Assembly (NCBI GenBank): GCA_030704615.1
Contig: CM060733.1
Coordinates: 22,630,001 to 22,694,000, forward strand
Direction of reading: 5' to 3'
Source: Takakia lepidozioides
Taxonomy: Eukaryota > Plantae > Bryophyta
Length of the DNA: 64,000 nt
The notes under the pieces were generated by a model. It worked only from the letters and a program-made list of their open reading frames with translations, searched no databases and had not been told where the DNA came from. Position 1 is the stretch's first letter, and every line of letters begins with the position of its first letter. The translations under genes and the position numbers were made by a program. Shown here piece by piece: positions 61,967 to 64,000 of this stretch.

Positions 61967-62667
61967 ACCAGTTGATGAAGCCTCCGAGTCTGTGTCTGAC
62001 TCTACAGTAATTGAGGGTGGCGGTGAAGGTGGTCTGAACCGAATACCTCGTCTTGTGAACCCACTCTCACTGTTATGCCTGTAGCCGTACTCCCCTCAAA
62101 ACCCTTGGGTAACTCCGTAATGACACTCACAATGTGCACCTCCTCCACGTGACACTATAAGGCTCTAGTACTAATCTAATAGTGACACGGGTGGGCACCT
62201 GTTGCAGTTTAAGGGTCATATCCCAATGGCTCAGGGCACCTGCACCTGCATCCACCGCAAGAACTCCTATGGTTGGCTGGTCATCAACCCAGCCTCACCA
62301 TAGAAGAAACACTGGTGGTCTTGCTGGTCATCACTCCAGCCTCACCACCGACAGCATACTCTAGGATTGACCGGTGATCAAATCCGGCCTAATCCCTATG
62401 AAAGCAAGCGCCCACACAAAACCAACATGGCGCACAGTCAAGCATGCAGGTGTTGGGGGGGATCCAAACACAAGAAATCAAAACATCAACACCCCCACAC
62501 CAAAATCCAGCTGCAATGCTGATCCTGCAGAATAGCCCAGCCCAAAACCCCGGACTGACTGACCTCCACCAAGAGAGGCTTTGGCAACTACAAGTACAAG
62601 GTAATAAAAATAGTACAGAGATGGAGGGGAAGAATAGAAGCCCGACCAAGCAAGATCTAATCCTGAT

Positions 62668-63417
62668 CTATGCTATCAACTGCCAGACTTCTCTCAAAGT
62701 GCCTCGCTCTGCATGATGGTAAGGTGTAGGAGGTATATCTATGTCCAGAAACCTGCCACTAACCTTGTCCCAAGCTACAGTAGCTCGCTCTAACCAACCC
62801 TCCTCCTCTTTCTGCCAGGTAGAGACAAAGCAATACTCCCCTATCTCCCGCTCACTGAATACTAAAGAAAACAAAGGTAGGGTCTGATAGTCTCTCAACT
62901 CGAAAGCTTTGAGACGGTTGCGGGTGTCCTCATTGCGAATGACTGCATCTCCTTCACGCACAACAAACATGTCATTGCTGATGAACCCCCGCTCGTGGTT
63001 GCCCTGTGCAGAGCGTATCCGGCTGCAACCATGTCTGATTGCACAAACTTGTGTAGCTCCTGCTCCTCTGCTCCAGTACACCACGGCCTTGTGGCTGAAC
63101 ACCTTGGTCCCCGGGGCTGTCTTTGGCTGTGTTCCAAGCCTAGCTTTCACCCACTTTGGTATTTCACCTACAGCTGCAGAACTGCTGGCTCCAACAGAGT
63201 TCTGACTGTCCAAGGCGATATTGAGGCCCTCAATGCCAACTACAGCAGTCTGTTGTCTACTGCTAATGCCTGACTCCCAGTATGCAATCAACTCGTCCAA
63301 CTGTTCTCCACTCAAATCAGTCTGAGTTCCTTGGGAAACATAAATCCTGTCCCCTTGTGTGCACAGGCTAAGAGAAGAGACCTGCCCTTCAATTACGTCC
63401 TCATTTCCCCCAGCCAT
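62668..63417 (-). CDS. 249-aa ORF of unknown function upstream of gag
   Basis: ATG-initiated, uninterrupted, protein-like composition, same strand as gag-pol. I recognise no motif. Confidence 0.55.
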   Translation of the reverse strand: MAGGNEDVIEGQVSSLSLCTQGDRIYVSQGTQTDLSGEQLDELIAYWESGISSRQQTAVVGIEGLNIALDSQNSVGASSSAAVGEIPKWVKARLGTQPKTAPGTKVFSHKAVVYWSRGAGATQVCAIRHGCSRIRSAQGNHERGFISNDMFVVREGDAVIRNEDTRNRLKAFELRDYQTLPLFSLVFSEREIGEYCFVSTWQKEEEGWLERATVAWDKVSGRFLDIDIPPTPYHHAERGTLREVWQLIA

Positions 63418-64000
63418 GCAAGGAGTACATCCACAGATTTGTCTCTCATATAGACCAGCACAGGTTCTAGAGACAGGATTGTGGATCTTTTATGGCACAC
63501 TCACACTCTAAAAATTCCATAGATTTTTAGCAGAGTCCCAAAAACAGAAACCAGGTCTAGGTAGGTAGATTTCCCCTTTCTGCAGCTATCCTCCCAAAAA
63601 CTGAGTCAAACGGAGTCCATCTGACAAAGTTATGACCAGTTAGGCTCTAAATCATTTAAATTAGATCAAAAGGTTTTTTTTTTTTTTAACACCAAAACGT
63701 TCTCGCCATTACAACCTGTTCCCAGGTTATCTATGGGTTCCCGAGGCCGTTCCCCTCCAGGCTTCTCCAGGCACCAAGAACTCTCCAACTCCAAGACTCG
63801 ACCTCAGTTATGGATGGGGTATCACACCCTGGAGCAGCAGGCGTGCGATAACGGATTGCCCTGCATCACCGAATTGGGGACAACGGCAGAGCTCGAGCGC
63901 CTGGGCTTAAGCGCATCCGAGATTGATGATCTCCGACACAGTCTCAAGGCATTTCCACATGCCTTTCAGCTCTACATCAGCGGCAGATTTTGAGAAGTCA

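Larger units (their letters stand above)
54113..64000 (-). mobile_element. Ty3/gypsy LTR retrotransposon encoding a DNMT3-like methyltransferase and a PHD finger; 5' LTR not in the window, so the right boundary is open
   Basis: 3' LTR, PPT, and colinear ORFs in the order GAG-PR-DNMT-RT-RH-INT-PHD. Confidence 0.92.

Noticed and set aside
63733-63993. 86-aa plus-strand ORF at the window edge
   Set aside because: It is short, has no recognisable motif, and its context is cut off.

Overview
Repeat-dense plant genomic DNA, most likely from a non-seed land plant (moss-type PLS PPR fragments, short GT-AG introns, iMet-primed chromoviruses); the lineage is inferred, not shown. The only apparently intact host gene is a 6-exon acyl-ACP thioesterase (12673-15114, minus). 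The rest is nested transposons: two Galadriel-like chromoviral Ty3/gypsy copies (one broken by two inversions), two CACTA insertions with 3-bp TSDs (one carrying PPR fragments), hAT/MITE and SINE/LINE pieces, a 4-exon FANCD2 fragment and an FCP1-like relic. The standout is a near-intact Ty3/gypsy element (~54.1 kb to the window end, minus) with domain order GAG-PR-[DNMT3-like C5 cytosine methyltransferase]-RT-RNaseH-INT-PHD finger and an extra 249-aa upstream ORF. Two related copies (1-2126 and 42601-48354) show that the family has no tRNA PBS. Instead it has a co-varying PBS complementary to a hairpin loop in its own LTR, which points to Tf1-like self-priming. All alignments were made by eye.
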